Assembly (NCBI GenBank): GCA_963745035.1
Contig: CAVUVW010000026.1
Span: forward strand, 1 to 64,000
Length of the DNA stretch: 64,000 nt
Direction of reading: 5' to 3'
Origin: an uncultured delta proteobacterium
GTDB lineage: Bacteria > Desulfobacterota > Binatia > UBA9968
This document shows, in pieces, positions 1 through 10,453 of the stretch. Position numbers and translations under genes: made by a program. Position 1 is the first letter of the stretch, and every line of letters starts with the position of its first letter. The notes beneath the pieces were generated by a model. The model saw only the letters and a list, made by a program, of their open reading frames with translations, ran no database searches and was not told the DNA's origin.

Positions 1-972
1 GTTCGGGATGTCGTGGCTGAAGTCGCGCTGGTCGCGCTCGTGCGGATAGTCCGACGCCCAGATGAGGGCGTTGTCGTTGGCGACCTGGGCGGCGAGCGGC
101 AGCGCCGACTCTTCGACTTCCACGGCGAAAAAGATGTTGCCCTTTTTGACGTACTCGCTCGGTTTGAGCTTGCAGCGCGGCGAGTAGTGGCCTTTGCGCT
201 CCTGCTCCTCGTCCATGCGGTCCATCATGTACGGCACCCAGCCGACGCCGCACTCGATGCAGCCGAATCTGAAATTCGGAAACAGCTCGAAGACGCCTTC
301 GAACATCATGGCGGTGAATTGGCGGATCTGCGCAAACGGATGTTCGAGCGTGTGGCCGATGGTGAAATTGTTCACGCTGTCGAGACCGAGGGCGGGCATG
401 CTCAAGCCGCCGTGAGTCGAAATCGGCACGTCAAGTTTCTGCGCTTCCTCCCAAAGGGGATAAAATTCGGCGCCACTGTAGAGTCTTCCGCCGGGAGCGA
501 CCGCCGGCAACACGGCGCCGACCATGCCCAACTCGTTCACTGTGCGTCGCAATTCTTTGACCGCTTCGGAGATGTCTTGGATCGGCAGCAAGGCGACGCC
601 GACCAGGCGCCGGCTCACTTTCATGAACTTGTGGTAGAGCCAGTCGTTGTAGGCGCGCGCCATGCAGATCGCCCAGTCTTTGTCTTGGATCGCGCCGTGG
701 GTCAATCCCTGAGTGGGATAGAGAACCGTCAGCTCGATCTTATTGATATCGAGAAAATTCAGCCAGTCCTTGGCGTGCGGGCCGGTGCCGCCGCCGGCCC
801 AGCCGCCCGGCTTGCGCAGCGAGCGCAGAAAACCGTCCATCGTGAGTCCCGGCCAGAAGGAGTAGCTCTGATGCCATTCGAGATCTTTATAGGGCGCGCC
901 GATAAACTCGCGCAATTCGCTGTCGAGCTCCATCACGTGCCCGTCGGCGTCGATGATGCGGTAGTCAGCCAT
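1..972 (-). CDS. Amidohydrolase_2 family metallohydrolase (3' end beyond window)
   Basis: Manual translation MADYRIIDADGHVME...LYPT...AYNDW...WASDYPH; GGAGG RBS upstream. Absent from the ORF track because it runs off the edge. Confidence 0.9.
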   Translation of the reverse strand, partial: MADYRIIDADGHVMELDSELREFIGAPYKDLEWHQSYSFWPGLTMDGFLRSLRKPGGWAGGGTGPHAKDWLNFLDINKIELTVLYPTQGLTHGAIQDKDWAICMARAYNDWLYHKFMKVSRRLVGVALLPIQDISEAVKELRRTVNELGMVGAVLPAVAPGGRLYSGAEFYPLWEEAQKLDVPISTHGGLSMPALGLDSVNNFTIGHTLEHPFAQIRQFTAMMFEGVFELFPNFRFGCIECGVGWVPYMMDRMDEEQERKGHYSPRCKLKPSEYVKKGNIFFAVEVEESALPLAAQVANDNALIWASDYPHERDQRDFSHDIPN

Positions 973-1016
973 GTCTACCTCCTGTGTGGAAGTGCGCGGG
1001 GGCCGCGCACGGTTTA

Positions 1017-1080
1017 GTCGAGGATCGGATTAGATGGAGGATGGCGGCGCGATCATCGATCCTCCATTCTCGATCCTCTC
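1017..1080. repeat. Degenerate 7-mer inverted repeat cluster (TCGAGGA/TCCTCGA type)
   Basis: tcgaggatcggattagatggaggatgg...cgatcctccattctcgatcctc; related copies near 7354-7405 and 39131-39190. Confidence 0.6.
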
Positions 1081-2040
1081 TCATGTATTCCTAGTGTTCT
1101 CGGCGAACAACTCCTCGACGGTCAAATCGCGGCCCAGCATGCCTTGCTGGCCGGCGAACTTGATCAGGTTCTGCACGTCGTTATAGTTTTCCCTGAAGCC
1201 TTGATAAAAAGGGTCCTTGCCGAAGAACTTTCTCTCCTCTTCCAAGTAAGAGCGGCCCCAGGCGAAACTCAAACGGTGCGGCTGCTCCATGAATTCGTTG
1301 TAGGCATTGCGCGAAGCGAGGAGCGCTTCATACAGGCTCGTCGCCACCCACGGGTCGCGATCGAGAATGTCTTTTTGGATCACCACCGGGTGCATAATCG
1401 GATAAATTTTCGTGCGCTGGTAATAGGACTTCTCTTCCGTCTCGAAATTCGGGAAGAGCCGCTCGACCGTTCCTTCGCCGCGGAGCCAGCGCCGCGGCAG
1501 GTCGGGCTCGACCTCCGCGTCTACTTTTCCTTCGACGAGCAAGTCCTCGAGCTTGCGCTTGCCTTCGACGAACTCGACTTTGATGTGGGACGGCAGCTTG
1601 GGGCCGACGGTTTCCTTGTTGACGATCACCCAAGTCACGTCGCTCACGCCCAAGTCGTAGCTGTTCATCAGCATGCCTTTGGTCACCAGCGCCAGGGTGT
1701 TTTCATAGCTGCGCAGGCCAATCCTGCCGCCTTTCAAGTCGGCCGGCTTCTGAATGCCCGAGCCGGAGCGAACGAAGCAGAACTTGTGGCCCCACATGCG
1801 CCGTGGAAAAAAGGGTATCGCCTGCAGCCAGTCAACATCCTGGCCGCGAGCGACGAGATACGAGGACATGGAAAACTCGCAGGCGTCGTACTCGCCGTAG
1901 TGAAACATGCGCTCGTGGCGGATGCCGCTTTCCACCGTGAGGATGTTGAGGTCGATGCCCTCGGCTTGGACGTCGCCATTGAGCAAAGGCTGGAGATAGT
2001 CGTACTTGTCGAATGCGATGGTGAGCTTGAGTTTGGCCAT
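1081..2040 (-). CDS. 4,5-dihydroxyphthalate decarboxylase-like / SBP-fold protein
   Basis: LKLTIA..YD..QPL..G.V..EGIDL, EFSMSSY, IPFFPRR, YPIMHPVVI motifs typical of this family. Confidence 0.75.
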   Translation of the reverse strand: MAKLKLTIAFDKYDYLQPLLNGDVQAEGIDLNILTVESGIRHERMFHYGEYDACEFSMSSYLVARGQDVDWLQAIPFFPRRMWGHKFCFVRSGSGIQKPADLKGGRIGLRSYENTLALVTKGMLMNSYDLGVSDVTWVIVNKETVGPKLPSHIKVEFVEGKRKLEDLLVEGKVDAEVEPDLPRRWLRGEGTVERLFPNFETEEKSYYQRTKIYPIMHPVVIQKDILDRDPWVATSLYEALLASRNAYNEFMEQPHRLSFAWGRSYLEEERKFFGKDPFYQGFRENYNDVQNLIKFAGQQGMLGRDLTVEELFAENTRNT

Positions 2041-2060
2041 GCGGGAATTTCCTCGTTTCG

Positions 2061-2089
2061 ATCATAAAAGCCTCGGCATTCGCTGTCAA
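2061..2089 (-). promoter_or_regulatory. Sigma70-type promoter for 1081-2040
   Basis: Minus strand TTGACA-17 bp-TATGAT, ending 20 nt upstream of the start codon. Confidence 0.7.
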
Positions 2090-2203
2090 CGCGTCCTTCG
2101 GCCGCGGTCCGGATCGCCTTCCGCGCGGGCGCGTCTATCCTTCGTTGACACTCTCGGGACGGCGATGTTAAGTGACCGGTAAACGCCCATTGGAGGAGAT
2201 GCC

Positions 2204-2950
2204 ATGCGCTTCGAAAATAAGTCCGTGATCATTACCGGCGGCGGCGGGAAAATAGGCAAAGCTTATGCGATCGGCTTCGCCAAAGAAGGAGCCAAAGTCG
2301 CATTGCCGGACATCGCGAGTGCCGATCACGTGGTGAAAGCGATTCGCGACATGGGCGGTACGGCGATCAGCATGGCCTGCGACGTGTCAGACGAAAAGAG
2401 CGTCAAGTCCATGGTCGATGAAGTCGCCGGGCAGTTCGGCGGCGTCGATGTGCTGGTCAACAACGCCGCCTATTTCATGACGGTCAAGAAAAGTCCGTTC
2501 TGGGAAATGGAAGTCGATGAATTCGACAAGGCGATGGCGGTCAACGTGCGCGGCTCGTGGCTCTGCGCCAAAGCGGCGTTTCCGCACATGAAGCGACAGG
2601 GAAAAGGCAAGATCATCAATATCTCTTCCGGCACGGCGCTCAACGGCGGGCAAAACTACATCCACTACGTGACCTCGAAAGGCGCGCTCATCGCCATGAC
2701 GCGGGCGATGGCGAAAGAAGTCGGCGATCATAATATCTGTGTGAATACCGTCGCTCCGGGCTTCGTCGTGACCGAGGGACGGTCGGTGGACCCCGCGTTC
2801 AACGCGAGCCGCGTCGCGAATCGAGCATTGAAACGCGTCCAGGTCGAGAACGACTTGGTCGGCACCGTCATGTTTCTGGCTTCCTCGGAGAGCGACTTCA
2901 TGACCGGCCAATTGCTGAACGTCGACGGCGGCGCCCATTTTGTCGGCTAA
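2204..2950 (+). CDS. Short-chain dehydrogenase/reductase (classical SDR)
   Basis: TGGGGKIG, NNAA, YVTSK (YxxxK), VNTVAPG, NVDGG. Confidence 0.95.
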   Translation: MRFENKSVIITGGGGKIGKAYAIGFAKEGAKVALPDIASADHVVKAIRDMGGTAISMACDVSDEKSVKSMVDEVAGQFGGVDVLVNNAAYFMTVKKSPFWEMEVDEFDKAMAVNVRGSWLCAKAAFPHMKRQGKGKIINISSGTALNGGQNYIHYVTSKGALIAMTRAMAKEVGDHNICVNTVAPGFVVTEGRSVDPAFNASRVANRALKRVQVENDLVGTVMFLASSESDFMTGQLLNVDGGAHFVG

Positions 2951-3037
2951 GAGAAGTAAGGAGTGAGGTGTAAGAAGCAAGGTGGCAGAAGTTAAAGGTG
3001 AGGATGCAATTCCTGCAACTCCTCACTCTCTACTACC
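2951..3037. repeat. Degenerate 7-mer inverted repeat cluster (GAGTGAG/CTCACTC type)
   Basis: gagaagtaaggagtgagg...ctcctcactctctactac; similar tract at 35475-35535. Confidence 0.5.
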
Positions 3038-3053
3038 CGCTTCAGGAGTTCCA

Positions 3054-3801
3054 ATGCGCTTCAAAGACAAGTCGGTCATCATCACCGGGGGAGGCGGCAA
3101 GATCGCCAAGGCCTACGCCACGGCGTTCGCAAAAGAGGGAGCGAAATTATCTCTCCCTGACATCGCGAGCGCCGATCACATCGTCAACGCGATTAAGGAC
3201 ATGGGCGGGAATGCGATCAGCACGGCCTGCGATGTCTCGAACGAAAAGAGCGTCAGAGCGATGGTCGAGGAGACGGTGAAGCAGTTCGGCGGTGTCGATA
3301 TTCTGATCAACAACGCGGCGTACTTCATGACGGTATGGAAGGGGCCGTTCTGGGAAATGACCGTGGAGGAATTCGACAAAGCAATGGCCGTCAACGTGCG
3401 CGGGCTCGTGGTTGTGCGCCAAGGCAGTGGTGCCGCACATGCAAAAGCAGCAAAAGGGCAAGATCATCAATATTTCTTCCAACGTCGCGCTCACCGGCAA
3501 TCCCAACTACATTCATTACGTTACTTCCAAAGGCGCGCTCATCGCCATGACGCGGGCGATGGCGCGCGAAGTCGGAGACTGGAATATATGCGTCAACACC
3601 GTCAGCCCCGGCTTCGTCGTTACCGAAGGCCGTCAGGTCGATCCGGAATACGAAAAGATCCGTGCCCAGCAGCGCAGCCTCAAACGATCCCAGGTGGAAA
3701 ACGATTTGGTCGGGACGGTTTTATACCTCTCGTCATCCGAGAGCGATTTTATGACCGGTCAGTTGCTCAACGTCGACGGCGGTTTTCATTTCGTCGGCTA
3801 A
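3054..3801 (+). CDS. SDR paralogue of 2204-2950, one frameshift near 3400
   Basis: ORFs 2982-3809 and 3412-3801 join into a full SDR nearly collinear with the upstream copy; extra base in cgcgggctcgtgg versus cgcggctcgtgg. Confidence 0.9.
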
Positions 3802-3809
3802 GAAATTGA

Positions 3810-4604
3810 TCAGGAAGCTTTTTCCCACTTATCGACGTCGACTTCCCAGCCTTTGGTTTGCGATAGATCCAGCGCGTTGCCTTCCGGATCGCGGAAGCGA
3901 AACTCGGAGTAGGGACGGGTCGAGGGACGCGGCGCGATCTTGAGCACGCTGCTCAGCTCGGCCATCGTCGCCTGCATTCGATCGCTCAAAAAACCGATGT
4001 GGTTGATGCCGAATCTGGGCTCGTGTCCTTCGATCGGGTTGTAAAAAGGATGAATGGCGAGATTGGTTTGGCCGTCGGCGCAGAAGCGATTGCCGCGGCC
4101 TTGCTGCCGTCGGAGATAGCTCGACGGCACTTCGCGCAAGCCGAAAACCTGCGTGTAGAAGCGCAGCATCATTTCGGGGTCGAGGGCGTTATAGGCGATG
4201 TGACGGACGCGTGGAAACGCCTTCTGTTTGTTTGCCGGGACGCCGAAGCCTTTGGTCGACACGCTCACCGGCAGACATTCCGGATCGTGTATTCTGATCT
4301 CACCGTGGTGCACGTCGTTCGGTTCCTGAAGAATCATGCCGCGTGGATTGAGCGCGAGAAACTTCCCCTTCACCGCTTCGAGATCGTCGACCTCCAGGCC
4401 GACGTGGTGAAGGCCAAGATCCATCTTCATCTCGCCAAGCTCGGGTCGTCTTTTAAAAAAAGTCAGATTATAAAATCCGTCCGTGACGGAGACATCACCC
4501 TCGGGGGATCGACCTAGCTCCTCCGTTCCGAGAAAGCGGCGATAAAAGTCTGCGAGCTTTTCCGGCTCATCGGCGAGATAGGCAACGTAGCGCAGTGTGG
4601 CCAT
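3810..4604 (-). CDS. VOC/glyoxalase family protein (two domains)
   Basis: Duplicated VOC motifs: GLHHVGLEV..DPE and GINHIGF..RDPEGN. Confidence 0.9.
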   Translation of the reverse strand: MATLRYVAYLADEPEKLADFYRRFLGTEELGRSPEGDVSVTDGFYNLTFFKRRPELGEMKMDLGLHHVGLEVDDLEAVKGKFLALNPRGMILQEPNDVHHGEIRIHDPECLPVSVSTKGFGVPANKQKAFPRVRHIAYNALDPEMMLRFYTQVFGLREVPSSYLRRQQGRGNRFCADGQTNLAIHPFYNPIEGHEPRFGINHIGFLSDRMQATMAELSSVLKIAPRPSTRPYSEFRFRDPEGNALDLSQTKGWEVDVDKWEKAS

Positions 4605-4620
4605 GAAAACTCCTCACGGA

Positions 4621-4714
4621 TTGGAGTAATGGAGTGATGGAGTACTGGAGTATTGGGCCGGCCCGAATTCCGAGGCCCCCATCACTCCAGCACTCCAATA
4701 TTCCAGTACTCCAA
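4621..4714. repeat. Inverted arrays of 8-mer TGGAGTAN / NTACTCCA
   Basis: ttggagtaatggagtgatggagtactggagtattgg ... ccatcactccagcactccaatattccagtactccaa. Confidence 0.85.
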
Positions 4715-4718
4715 ATCC

Positions 4719-5816
4719 TCAGTCTCTTATATTCTGTGTGAACCATTCCAGCGGCAGCGGGTGGCCGAGGCCTTTCGCCTTGGCGAGGTTGTACGCCGTT
4801 CCACCGACCGCCGCGAACTGCAATCCCTGGGTGCCTTGATTATTGAGAAAAGTGATCTGCTCGTCGCTTGTTCTACCGGCCCAGCGGCCGGCCATGATGT
4901 CCGGCACCGTGCCGATATTCGGATTATCGATTTCATGGTGCGGCGACGCGGGAATTTTCTTTTTCTCGTCGGCGTTGCCGGCGATAAACCCGAACATACC
5001 GTCGCTGCCGGTGACGACCTCGGGCGCGTTGCGGTCGGCAAAAAGGGTGGACGTGCCTAGGCGCGCTCTCACATCGGCCCGCGCCAGTACGTCGGAACCT
5101 GCTTCGTTATTGCGCACGTTGTTGACGTGCATGCCCGGTTCGAGCCAGTCCGCCTTGATCACCGGCACCAACGAGTCCGTCGTCAGGGACACGATGTCCG
5201 CGCCCTTGAGCGCTTTTTCGGGAGAGTCGACGGCGACGACCTCGATATCGAGCATCTCGGTCATCTCGGCGGCGAAAGCTTCGCGATTCTTCCTGGTCGG
5301 GCTGAAAACCCGCATGCTCTCGATCGGACGGACATGCTTGATCGCTTCGGCGTAAGTTCGCGCCATGCCGCCGGAGCCGATCATCGCGAGCACTTTGGAG
5401 TTTTGGCGCGACAAGTATTTAGTGCCCAGCCCGGCGCATGCCCCCACCCGCATGTGCTGCAAGTAGCCGTCGTTGATCAGCGCGAGCGGCTCGGCGTTCC
5501 GCGTGCTCAGCACGAAGATCAAACCGCAATAGCGGCCGCGCTCGATGCAATATTTGTCCTCGACCATGAAGCCGTCCTGGTTTTCCCAGGCGAGCATGTC
5601 GGATTTCATGCGGATGGCAAACACGCCGAGCTTGCGCGAAGCTCCCTCCATCGTGCCCCAGCGGTAATAATGCGGCTCCTGCGGCACGTAGAAATCGATG
5701 CGCGGCCGATAGCCGGCGCGCGCTTCGTTCAGCTCGCGATAGGCATCTTCCATGGCATCGATGCAGGTTTTCATGTCGAGAACCTGTTGGACATGCTCGT
5801 TGGTCAAGAAGATCAT
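4719..5816 (-). CDS. Ornithine cyclodeaminase / mu-crystallin family protein
   Basis: HMRVGA, MIGSGGMA nucleotide-binding motif, RVFSPT, QGLQFAAV. Confidence 0.9.
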   Translation of the reverse strand: MIFLTNEHVQQVLDMKTCIDAMEDAYRELNEARAGYRPRIDFYVPQEPHYYRWGTMEGASRKLGVFAIRMKSDMLAWENQDGFMVEDKYCIERGRYCGLIFVLSTRNAEPLALINDGYLQHMRVGACAGLGTKYLSRQNSKVLAMIGSGGMARTYAEAIKHVRPIESMRVFSPTRKNREAFAAEMTEMLDIEVVAVDSPEKALKGADIVSLTTDSLVPVIKADWLEPGMHVNNVRNNEAGSDVLARADVRARLGTSTLFADRNAPEVVTGSDGMFGFIAGNADEKKKIPASPHHEIDNPNIGTVPDIMAGRWAGRTSDEQITFLNNQGTQGLQFAAVGGTAYNLAKAKGLGHPLPLEWFTQNIRD

Positions 5817-6042
5817 TGCTTGGGCTCTCCTGGAGTGTTTAGACCGCAAAAGGAAATCGTGGACAGGTTTGGTATAGCCCGGACGGATTTCTCTGTAAAC
5901 CCGGCAGCAAGCCTGCCGCCGGGCTGATTTTTGACAGCGAAGAGTTTCGCCAGTTTAGAAAAAATTGATCTTTGTCTTTGATCGCATCGCAACAATTCTG
6001 TAAATTAGGCAGAAATAAGTAGATGGAAATGAGGGCTCTCCG

Positions 6043-7338
6043 TTGATGATTCGATCTCCACTGATCACGCGCCAATCCATCGCCACGAAGATCCGCGCCG
6101 CGGCGCGCAAGTGCTCCGCGGTCGCGATCGCGACCGCAGTTCTGCTCTTATCCGCCCCGTTTGTGAATACGACCCGGCACGAAGAAGTATTGCCACCCCC
6201 GCCGGCGAATCCGCCCGAAGCGGTCGAATCGCGCGTCGCCGTCAAGCTGCGGCACGGAGACACGTTGATGGCGGTTTTGAAGCGCTACGGCATCGGGCTG
6301 CCGTCGGCGCATGCGCTGATTGCCAAAGTCAGACCGTTCGTCAATCCGCGAAAGATTCAGCCGGGTGACAACATTCATGTATTGCTGAATGCCGGCGATC
6401 AAACCGTCGAAGCTTTGGAGTTCGTTGTCGATAACAACATGGTTCGCGTTAAGGCGACAAGTGACGGCTGGTTGGCCGAGCGTCAAGAGATCCCTTTCGT
6501 GCGCGAGACTCGAGTTGTTCGAGGCACGATCAAGGGAAGCCTTTATGAAAGCGGCACGGAGGCGGGACTCTCGCCCCAGCAGATTGTCGATCTGGCGAAG
6601 ATCTTCGAGTACGACATCGATTTCTTTTCCGATTTCCAGCCGCGGGACTCGTTCAAGGTCATGGTAGAGGACCTTCGCTACACGGATGGGCGCCGAGTGC
6701 CGGGCCGAGTCCTCGCCGCTGAGCTGGAAGCTGATAGCGATGTTTTCGACGCGTTCCATTTCGCCGGTAAGGAAGGCAGCAACGAGTACTACAACCATAA
6801 GGGCGAAGCGCTGCACCGGGCATTTCTGCGCGCTCCATTGAGCTTTGTTCGGATATCGTCACCGTACAGTAGAAATCGGCGGCATCCGATTTTTCGGACC
6901 GTACGGCCGCATCTGGCGATCGACTACGCCGCTCCGGCGGGCAGTCCCGTGGTAGCGATCGGGAGGGGACGCGTCGAGTTTGCCGGATGGCGCGGCGGTT
7001 ACGGCAACGTCGTCGATATCCGCCACGCGAGTAACTATGTGTCGCGATACGCCCATTTCTCGAAGTTTGCGGGAAAATTGCGCAGGGGGCAGGCGGTTGA
7101 GGCCGGCCAGGTTATCGGCTACGTCGGGCAGACCGGACACGCCACCGGGCCGCATCTGCACTTCGAGTTCCTGCGCGGCGGGACAAAGATAAACTTTCTC
7201 GCCCTGCGCATTCCCAAGAACCAACAGTTGGCCAAGGAAGATTTGCAACGTTTCCAGCACCTGCGAGACGAACGACAAGTCATGCTGCGGCGCGACCCTG
7301 AAGAGCGCGTCGTCGGCAACGTGCCGAAGACTTTATAG
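6043..7338 (+). CDS. M23 family peptidoglycan DD-endopeptidase with LysM-like N-terminal region
   Basis: HLAIDYAAP (HxxxD), GGYGN, ATGPHLHFE (HxH). Confidence 0.93.
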   Translation: MMIRSPLITRQSIATKIRAAARKCSAVAIATAVLLLSAPFVNTTRHEEVLPPPPANPPEAVESRVAVKLRHGDTLMAVLKRYGIGLPSAHALIAKVRPFVNPRKIQPGDNIHVLLNAGDQTVEALEFVVDNNMVRVKATSDGWLAERQEIPFVRETRVVRGTIKGSLYESGTEAGLSPQQIVDLAKIFEYDIDFFSDFQPRDSFKVMVEDLRYTDGRRVPGRVLAAELEADSDVFDAFHFAGKEGSNEYYNHKGEALHRAFLRAPLSFVRISSPYSRNRRHPIFRTVRPHLAIDYAAPAGSPVVAIGRGRVEFAGWRGGYGNVVDIRHASNYVSRYAHFSKFAGKLRRGQAVEAGQVIGYVGQTGHATGPHLHFEFLRGGTKINFLALRIPKNQQLAKEDLQRFQHLRDERQVMLRRDPEERVVGNVPKTL

Positions 7339-7478
7339 CCCTGGGAGCAAAGGCGAGGATGGAAAATCGATGATGGTTTCCCATGCTCGATCCTCCATTA
7401 TCGAGTGATATCACGCAACCGATTGAATCACCGCCAGGCCTAAAAATCTAATCGTCGAGAACACTACAAGGAGATATC

Positions 7479-8474
7479 GTGAAGCGGTTGTCGGTTCTCA
7501 TTATCGCCGCATGTTTTGTCGCGCTGAATGCGCGCGGCGGCTTTGCCCAGGAAAAGTTCCGCGTCGCGAGCGGCGGCTTCTCGACCGCCATCCACGCCGT
7601 TGCCTGGGCGGCGTACGAGAAAAAAATCTTCCAGAAGTACGGTCTCGACGGCGAGTATCTCGCCTTGGAAAGCGGCACGCCGGCCATGCAGGCGCTGCTC
7701 GCCAACGAGTTGCATGTCGTTTTCACCACCGGCGCGCTCGCGATCACGGCGAATCTCCAGGGTGCCGATACGACGATCGTCGCCGGCGGGATCAATTTCA
7801 TTCCCAACAAGCTGCTGGTGCGGCCCGAGGTCAAGCGCGCCGAGGATTTAAAGGGCAAACGGATCGCCATCAGCCGCTTCGGCTCCGCGTCGGATTACGC
7901 CACTCAAGTCGCTTTGGAAAAAATCGGTGTCAGTCCCAAAGACGTCACCATCGTGCAAGTTGGCGGCAACCTGACCCGCTTCGCCGCGCTGATGAACGGG
8001 ACGATTCATGGCACGCTTTTGGCCGAGCCCCTGACCACCATGGGCATCCGTGATCACAAAATGAACTCCTTGATCGATCTGGCGGAAAGCGGCGTGCCGT
8101 TTCCGCAAAACTGCTTCATCGTGAGGCGCAGTTATCTTGCGGCGAACCGGTCCAAGATCGTCAATGCCATGAAGGCGATCATCGAGGGCTATTTCATGGT
8201 GAAGAACGATCGGGCGCTCGGCTTACAGCTCATCAAGAAATATATCCGCGTTGAGGGAGAGGACGCCAACATCAGCTACGATTATTATCTGGCAAAGTAC
8301 GGCGATGGGGTGATGGTCATGCCCGACCGCAAGGGTCTGGAGTTTATTCTATCGCAACTCGCGCCGACGACGCCGAAGGCGAAAGGGCAGACCCCGGAAA
8401 GCTTGCGCTTGTTGGACTCCAGCGTGCTCGACGAGATCAGGAAGAGCGGCTTTATCGAGAAGTTCAAGCGCTAG
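7479..8474 (+). CDS. ABC transporter substrate-binding protein, NitT/TauT (NMT1/SsuA-like)
   Basis: Signal peptide; DLKGKRIAISRFGSASD motif. Confidence 0.9.
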   Translation: MKRLSVLIIAACFVALNARGGFAQEKFRVASGGFSTAIHAVAWAAYEKKIFQKYGLDGEYLALESGTPAMQALLANELHVVFTTGALAITANLQGADTTIVAGGINFIPNKLLVRPEVKRAEDLKGKRIAISRFGSASDYATQVALEKIGVSPKDVTIVQVGGNLTRFAALMNGTIHGTLLAEPLTTMGIRDHKMNSLIDLAESGVPFPQNCFIVRRSYLAANRSKIVNAMKAIIEGYFMVKNDRALGLQLIKKYIRVEGEDANISYDYYLAKYGDGVMVMPDRKGLEFILSQLAPTTPKAKGQTPESLRLLDSSVLDEIRKSGFIEKFKR

Positions 8475-8668
8475 CTGCGCGGTTGATCCCTACAAGGTAT
8501 GCGCCGTATCACCTTATCCTAACTTCATCCTAACTTCCCCCATCGGAGGAAGGGATGACCTCAGGAGACCGATCGTGGTCCGCCTTCGAATGACCGAAGT
8601 GCGTCACCGCGCCGCGCGCCTTGAAAAGCTTGAACAATTGGAATGTCTTAGCCGAAGGAGTTAAAGAA

Positions 8669-9763
8669 ATGTCGGAAGTTTTAGACGCTGATACCCATAT
8701 TGCCGAGTCCGAGGCCATGTGGAGCTACATCGACAAAGAAATGTACCCGCGCCGGCCGGTACTAGCCAAAATCCCCGAGGACACCTGGTATAAAGACCGG
8801 AACGCTTTCTGGCTGATCGACGGCGAGATTTTTCCCAAGCCCGCCGGCAAGGGGAGCTTCAGCCTGATCACGCCGTCGGCGCAGAAGCGCGAGTCAGGCC
8901 GGGGCGACATCCATCTTGCGGTGCGCGAACTGACCGATCCCCTGGCGCGCCTCAAAGACATGGACAAGATCGGCGTCGAGATGCAGGTCATTTATCCAAC
9001 GCTGTTCTTGGTCTACTTGACCGATGATGCGCAGTTGGAAGTCGCTCTGTGCAGGGCCTACAATCGGTTCGTTGCAGACGCTTGCGGCAAGGCTCCGGAA
9101 CGTCTCAAGTGGGTCGGCATCTTGCCTCTCCGCGATATCGGAGCTTCACTCGCGGAAATGAAATGGATCAAGGAGCACGGAGCGGTGGGAATTTTCTTCC
9201 GCGGCATGGAAGGGAATCTTACCCTTGACAATCCCTGCTTCGCGCCGATCTACGCCCAGGCGGAGAAACTCGACCTCACGATCTGCATTCATACCGGTTC
9301 GGGCAGCCGGCATCTGATGCAGCTCTTCGACGTCGAGCGCAATCACACCTTCGCGCACAATCGCGTGCTGCCGGTGGTCGCATTTCGCGATCTGGTGGCC
9401 AATCGCATTCCCGAGCAGTTCCCCAAGCTGCGCTTCGGCTTCATCGAGGCCGCGGCAAGTTGGGTGCCGTATATCTGGCACGTGCTCAGACGTTCGGTGC
9501 GCTCGGATTTGAAGAATACCGATCCGCGGGAGCTTTTCCGCCAATATCGATTCTGGGTCGCCTGCGAAGCCGACGAAGAATTGCCGCACCTACTCAATTA
9601 CATCGGCGAAGACCATTTGGTTATCGGCTCCGACTACGGCCACAACGATCCCTCCAAGGAACCGGAGTTCGTGAGGAACATGCGCAGCCGCGAGGACGTG
9701 GCGCCCAAAGTCGTGGAAAAGATCCTATGCGATAATCCGCGCAGGCTCTACGGTATTACCTAA
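8669..9763 (+). CDS. Amidohydrolase_2 family protein
   Basis: LDADTH, IYPT, CRAYN, IHTG, IGSDYGH. Confidence 0.92.
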   Translation: MSEVLDADTHIAESEAMWSYIDKEMYPRRPVLAKIPEDTWYKDRNAFWLIDGEIFPKPAGKGSFSLITPSAQKRESGRGDIHLAVRELTDPLARLKDMDKIGVEMQVIYPTLFLVYLTDDAQLEVALCRAYNRFVADACGKAPERLKWVGILPLRDIGASLAEMKWIKEHGAVGIFFRGMEGNLTLDNPCFAPIYAQAEKLDLTICIHTGSGSRHLMQLFDVERNHTFAHNRVLPVVAFRDLVANRIPEQFPKLRFGFIEAAASWVPYIWHVLRRSVRSDLKNTDPRELFRQYRFWVACEADEELPHLLNYIGEDHLVIGSDYGHNDPSKEPEFVRNMRSREDVAPKVVEKILCDNPRRLYGIT

Positions 9764-9816
9764 GGTGGCACTTAATCGCCGCATTTCAGACGGAGTGAGC
9801 AGTCGAGACAACGTAT

Positions 9817-10313
9817 GTGACCACTATCGAACCTGTCACACAATGCGATGCCATGCTGCTTAAGGACATCCGGCTGCGCGCTTTACGCGATGCGCCCAGT
9901 GCCTTCAGCTCGACCTACGAAAAGGAATCCGAGTTGAGCGACGCGGACTGGGCCGAGCGGGCCGCTCAGTGGTCCGGCGACCGGTCGATCACTTATTTGG
10001 CGAAAGACAACGGCGTTCCTTACGGAATCGCCGCCGCATATCTCGATCACGAAAATGCTGACTGGCTCATCTGGTCTCGATGTGGGTGGCGACGAGTCAC
10101 CGCCGGCTTGGGATCGGCGGAGCGCTGGTGCAGAGAATTTTCGATTGGGCTCGGCTTAAAAATATCCCTGAATTGGCCTTGCTGGTGACCTCGAACAATG
10201 GAGCCGCGATCAAGTTCTACGAACGTCTCGGGTTCGCGATGACAGGAAAGATAACACCCCACGCCAACGATCCTTCATTGGGCGATTGCGAGATGACTCG
10301 GCGGATTGCTTAG
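9817..10313 (+). CDS. GNAT acetyltransferase, frameshift near 10065
   Basis: RLRALRDAPSAFSST start; MWVATSHRRLGIG and N..AIKFYERLGF in the second frame. Confidence 0.85.
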
Positions 10314-10371
10314 TAGCGCGACCGGCTACTGCGAGGATCACTCTGACTCTAAAAGAAGACTTTCTCCGAGC

Positions 10372-10410
10372 TCCTCACCCCTCTTGGGAAAGAGGGGAAG
10401 GGGAGATTTC
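10372..10410. repeat. Intergenic palindrome CCCCTCT...AGAGGGG type
   Basis: cctcaccccTCTTgggaAAGAggggaagggagattt hairpin between convergent genes. Confidence 0.45.
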
Positions 10411-10453
10411 TGGAGTGGTAGGGCGGCTAATGCAACAAAGTTGCAAACGTCGG

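Noticed and set aside
13-2067. Long plus-strand ORFs 13-1017 and 1144-2067, and similar ones such as 27818-28714, 36777-38021 and 40544-41551
   Set aside because: Antisense or off-frame shadows of well-supported genes, common in high-GC DNA; no family motifs
4621-4714. Short regular repeats as a possible CRISPR array
   Set aside because: Units are 8 bp with no unique spacers; no 23-47 bp repeat-spacer array or cas gene in the window
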